64,000 nt of DNA from Macrostomum hystrix (Eukaryota > Animalia > Platyhelminthes), in contig CATNEN010000003.1 of NCBI GenBank assembly GCA_950097015.1, positions 12,090,001 to 12,154,000 on the forward strand. The letters run 5' to 3'. The position numbers were made by a program, and so were the translations under genes. Below the pieces are notes generated by a model. That model saw only the letters and a program-made list of their open reading frames with translations, was not told where the DNA came from and did no database searches. Of the stretch, positions 60,159 to 64,000 are shown piece after piece; the first letter of the stretch is position 1, and each line of letters begins with the position of its first letter.

Positions 60159-60742
60159 ACAGGGTGTGTAAATGAAAGACAGGGTGTGTAAATGTAATAC
60201 AGGGTGTGTAAATGAAAGACAGGGTGTGTAAATGTAATACAGGGTGTGTAAATGAAAGACAGGGTGTGTAAATGTAATACAGGGTGTGTAAATGTAATAC
60301 AGGGTGTGTAAATGTAATACAGGGTGTGTAAATGTAATACAGGGTGTGTAAATGTAAGACAGGGTGTGTAAATGTAAGACAGGGTTTGTGAGTGTTAGAC
60401 AGGGCGTGTGAGTGTTAGACAGGGTGTGTGAGTGTTAGACAGGGTGTGTGAGTGTTAGACAGGGTGTGTGAGTGTTAGACAGGGTGTGTGAGTGCTAGAC
60501 AGGGTGTGTGAGTGTTAGACATGGTGTGTGAGTGTTAGACAGGGTGTGTGAGTGCTAGACAGGGTGTGTGAGTGTTAGACAGGGTGTGTGAGTGTTAGAC
60601 AGGGTGTGTGAGTGTTAGACAGGGTGTGTGAGTGCTAGACAGGGTGTGTGAGTGTTAGACAGGGTGTGTGAGTGTTAGACATGGTGTGTGAGTGTTAGAC
60701 AGGGTGTGTGAGTGTTAGACATGGTGTGTGAGTGTAAGACAG
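60159..60742. repeat. Minisatellite, 20 bp unit with two domains (ACAGGGTGTGTAAATGTAAT, then ACAGGGTGTGTGAGTGTTAG)
   Basis: Visible tandem array; switches variant at ~60385. Confidence 0.95.
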
Positions 60743-61182
60743 ACTGTTTGCTACAAGTAAAATATCTTAAACCAAAAAATCCGAGTGACTTGAGGATTTT
60801 CGTGAAGAGATGAGGACCTGTTGAAATTTTACTTGTCTAGTAATATTGAGAGTAATATTGTCTACTGGCTCTGATATTGCACATAGGGCAGAGTGCAATC
60901 GAACTTGTTCATTAACTATTCACATATTAACAAAATTATTTCCACTAGTAGCAGACGAATTGTATACGCTTCTGCAAATATAGTACTAAAAGGAAAGAAT
61001 TTTTGCTTCCACTATAATTGACGACTTCCTGACGTAGATAAGGCAATCTCTAACATTATTTGCCTAGAGAGAATCGTTAATTATCGAAGATTGCGTGCCA
61101 GTGGCTTTCCACTCACATCCCTGCTCTGACAAGAAGCCTTAGAAAGTATCGTATCTTTTCACATATCCACTAATATCTCAAC

Positions 61183-62128
61183 GCTGTCTCTATACTCACA
61201 TCTCACTGCTGTCTCTACTCACATCTTACTGCTGTCTCTACTCACATCTCACTGCTGGCTCTACTCACATCTCACTGCTGTCTCTACTCACATCTCACTG
61301 CTGTCTCTACTCACATCTCACTGCTGTCTCTACTCACATCTCACTGCTGTCTCTACTCACATCTCACTGCTGTCTCTACTCACATCTTACTGCTGTCTCT
61401 ACTCACATCTCACTGCTGTCTCTACTCACATCTCACTGCTGTCTCTACTCACATCTCACTGCCGTCTATACTCACATCTGACTGCTGTGTCTACTCACAT
61501 CTCACTGCTGTCTCTACTCACATCTCACTGCTGTCTCTACTCACATCTCACTGCTTTCTCTACCCACATCTCACTGCTGTCTCTATTCACATCTCACTGC
61601 TGTCTTTACTCATATCTGACTGCTGTCTCTACTCACATCTGACTGCTGTGTCTACTCACATCTCACTGCTGTCTTTACTCATATCTGACTGCTGTCTCTA
61701 CTCACATCTGACTGCTGTGTCTACTCACATCTCACTGCTGTCTCTACTCATATCTGACTGCTGTCTCTACTCACATCTGACTGCTGTCTCTACTCACATC
61801 TCACTGCTTTCTCTACTCACATCTCACTGCTGTGTCTATTCACATCTCACTGCTGTCTCTACTCACATCTTACTGCTGTCTCTACTCACATCTTACTGCT
61901 GTCTCTACTCACATCTCACTGCTGTCTCTACTCACATCTTACTGCTGTCTCTACTCACATCTGACTGCTGTGTCTATTCACATCTTACTGCTGTCTCTAC
62001 TCACATCTCACTGCTGTCTCTACTCACATCTTACTGCTGTCTCTACTCATATCTGACTGCTGTCTCTACTCACATCTCACTGCTTTCTCTACTCACATCT
62101 CACTGCTTTCTCTACTCACATCTCACTA
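61183..62128. repeat. Minisatellite, 23 bp unit (CTACTCACATCTCACTGCTGTCT)
   Basis: Visible tandem array. Confidence 0.96.
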
Positions 62129-62259
62129 CTCACTAGGTACCTTTGCTCAAGTTATTCCATTCCTAGAAGCCACATTTTTTCTTCAATCTATAATGCTTGT
62201 CTTTCTAGTATTCTAGTATACTCTCCTAGTGAAAGCTTTTCCTTGGCCTCTTTTTTACC

Positions 62260-62640
62260 CTCCGCAGTCACGGTTGCCTGGCCCCCAAGTGAAGTGAAAG
62301 TGAAGTGAAGGCCGCATGCTGTCACAGCGGGTGGTCTGGGTGGAGTTGGATAGAAGACCCAGATAGAACCGAGAGAGCTTAGGCAGACAAGGCGTACACA
62401 CTCCCAGATTGATCTATGATTAACTCCCCAAAGCGGGTCTTGCAGTCCCCCTGGAGGCCGTGAATCCCAACCAGACGCGAGCTGGGCTGCCACCTCCTTT
62501 ACTGGCCTCCTACTCAACCCTCCTGTCTCCTCACTGCTATATAGTGCTCTCATTCTACTCACACCGACTATTTTTTGCGTCCCACCCGCAGCAGAAGCAG
62601 AAGCAGCAGAGTCAGCAAGTCTGAATACACACGACAAAGT
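62260..62640 (-). mobile_element. Possible decayed LINE 3' end
   Basis: GC-rich island ending, on the minus strand, in a (CTTCA)n-like tail at 62289-62311. No diagnostic protein motif recognised. Confidence 0.25.
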
Positions 62641-63252
62641 CTAATATTGGTGAGAATGAGAGTTTGAGACCGAGAGAGAGAAATCGTGGGGAGCGCCCTC
62701 GTGAGCTGATGATGGTTGGGGCGGCTGAGGGCGGTAGGCACGGCAGGTCTGTCGCGATGTGCGAATGGGGATCAAGGGCCAACCGCATATAGGGAGTTCA
62801 GTTTTTCCTGCCGTATGAAGTCACTGCTACTTCCCACCAACCAAAGCTACTAAATCCCGATTACAGTACAGTCCAGCCGAAGCATGCATCACAAGCGAAT
62901 GAGAGGGCTATCAGCCTTTCTATATGCATAGTCAACTTGCTATAAAAGCCCACCCCTCAAGCATGCAGTCATCGACTTTCGAGCCCACCCCCTCCTCTTC
63001 ACGCACCCACCCCAACCTCCACCCGCCAACCCTCCATGCAGCTCAGACCCAATCCGAAGTGAATTTAAACTCCGCGCGGAATCGGGCCTAGCCGAGACAG
63101 ACGGACCACAAATTAAAACTCACCGCGTGCTTTTTTTATCGGCATTGTTGTGAAGTTATTTGAACAGACTCTTTGATCTTCACCGACAGTAATTAACTTT
63201 CAAACCTGTTATCAGAGCCTAAATTACAATTAGCAAATCGTCCTTGACTGAA

Positions 63253-63435
63253 ATGACTCGCAGTAAAGTGATCGATCTAGCCGAAGAGATCGAAAACTGG
63301 GCCCAAGATTTCTATCAGAAATTTAATCAGAAAGATCTAGAAAAATCTCTGGGAGTAAAGCTTCCGTTCAGTGATCTGCGAATGGTGATCGACACCAACA
63401 ATTTCATGGTTGAGACTGATGACGCTGTGTATTCG
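63253..63435 (+). CDS. Probable first coding exon; resembles the N-terminus of LIN-24/ETX-MTX2 (aerolysin-like) proteins
   Basis: AAATG start, 61 codons MTRSKVIDLAEEIENWAQDFY...LRMVIDTNNFMVETDDAVYS, phase-0 donor TCG|GTGAG, TATAAAA at 62941. Family call rests on remembered motif resemblance only. Confidence 0.4.
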
Positions 63436-63489
63436 GTGAGAATTTCTGCTTCAATTTTCTTCACCATTCATTGTCAATCGCACAAAGGT

Positions 63490-63626
63490 CCCTTAGCTCG
63501 AGTCCACGCGGCGAGAAAGTCAGGTCAATGAGAAAGTCAGGTCAGTTGTACACAACTGTGTCAGTGGATGTATGCTCAGGAGTCAGCGGAATGGGCAGAA
63601 TTGCCTCGACGGCAGCGGGTCTTACC
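63490..63626 (+). mobile_element. SINE family B, internally deleted
   Basis: AGCTCGAGTCCACGCGGCGAG..GAGAAAGTCAGG..TGTACAC..GCTCAGGAGTCAGCGGAATGGGCAGAATTGCCT. Confidence 0.7.
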
Positions 63627-64000
63627 AAATGATACCAATTCCAGTTCCCACAGGCCACAGCCCTACAAAATATTAATTCTTCTTTCAACAGAAATAATTT
63701 TTTATTCAAGATTCAACGAAAAGAGTTTTTATTTAGTAATGTGTAAAAGTACATAGTGACATATTTTTTGGTTCATTCCTTCAGCTACTTCGATAGATTT
63801 TCAGATCAACTCATGCTAACTTCTCATGGGCTTGTCGAAGCTTTTTATTTCTTTGGTTGTTTAGATTCAATTTCACACTATCAGCCGCTACTAACGAGTA
63901 GTAAGTAGAAATTTCGGGTACGGAGATATGAGATAAAAAGTAGAATTGTAGGCAAAAAGTATTATTCTAGTTTTGCAGGGCCTCTACAACCATCACAAAA

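Overview
Eukaryotic, intron-rich and repeat-rich invertebrate DNA. The overall style (GC-rich exons, AT-rich introns full of minisatellites, RTE-like LINE and Mag-type Gypsy elements) suggests a free-living flatworm such as Macrostomum; this is an inference. Genes reconstructed by hand from GT-AG junctions with consistent phase: (1) a secreted protein gene on the minus strand whose two ORFs join through a 23-nt candidate intron; (2) COA4; (3) a 3-exon atypical Rab/Ras-like protein with degenerate G3, G4 and G5 motifs; (4) an 8-exon ABCG2-like half transporter with long Gln-rich, possibly alternative N-terminal exons; (5) an inverted pair of PAN-like + F-type lectin genes, plus a truncated third copy; (6) a possible first exon of a LIN-24/aerolysin-like gene at the right end. 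Mobile DNA: an intact Mag-like Ty3/Gypsy element with identical 209-bp LTRs and a 5-bp TSD (inside a SINE, inside an intron), an intact DD34D mariner, a non-autonomous hAT element, two tRNA-derived SINE families, and decayed LINE and Gypsy fragments. About 18 distinct tandem arrays (17-64 bp units) account for most long ORFs in the ORF track, which are spurious. The most interesting signal is the lectin palindrome: its arms are near-identical except for a sharply bounded patch covering the intron and the predicted sugar-specificity loops.
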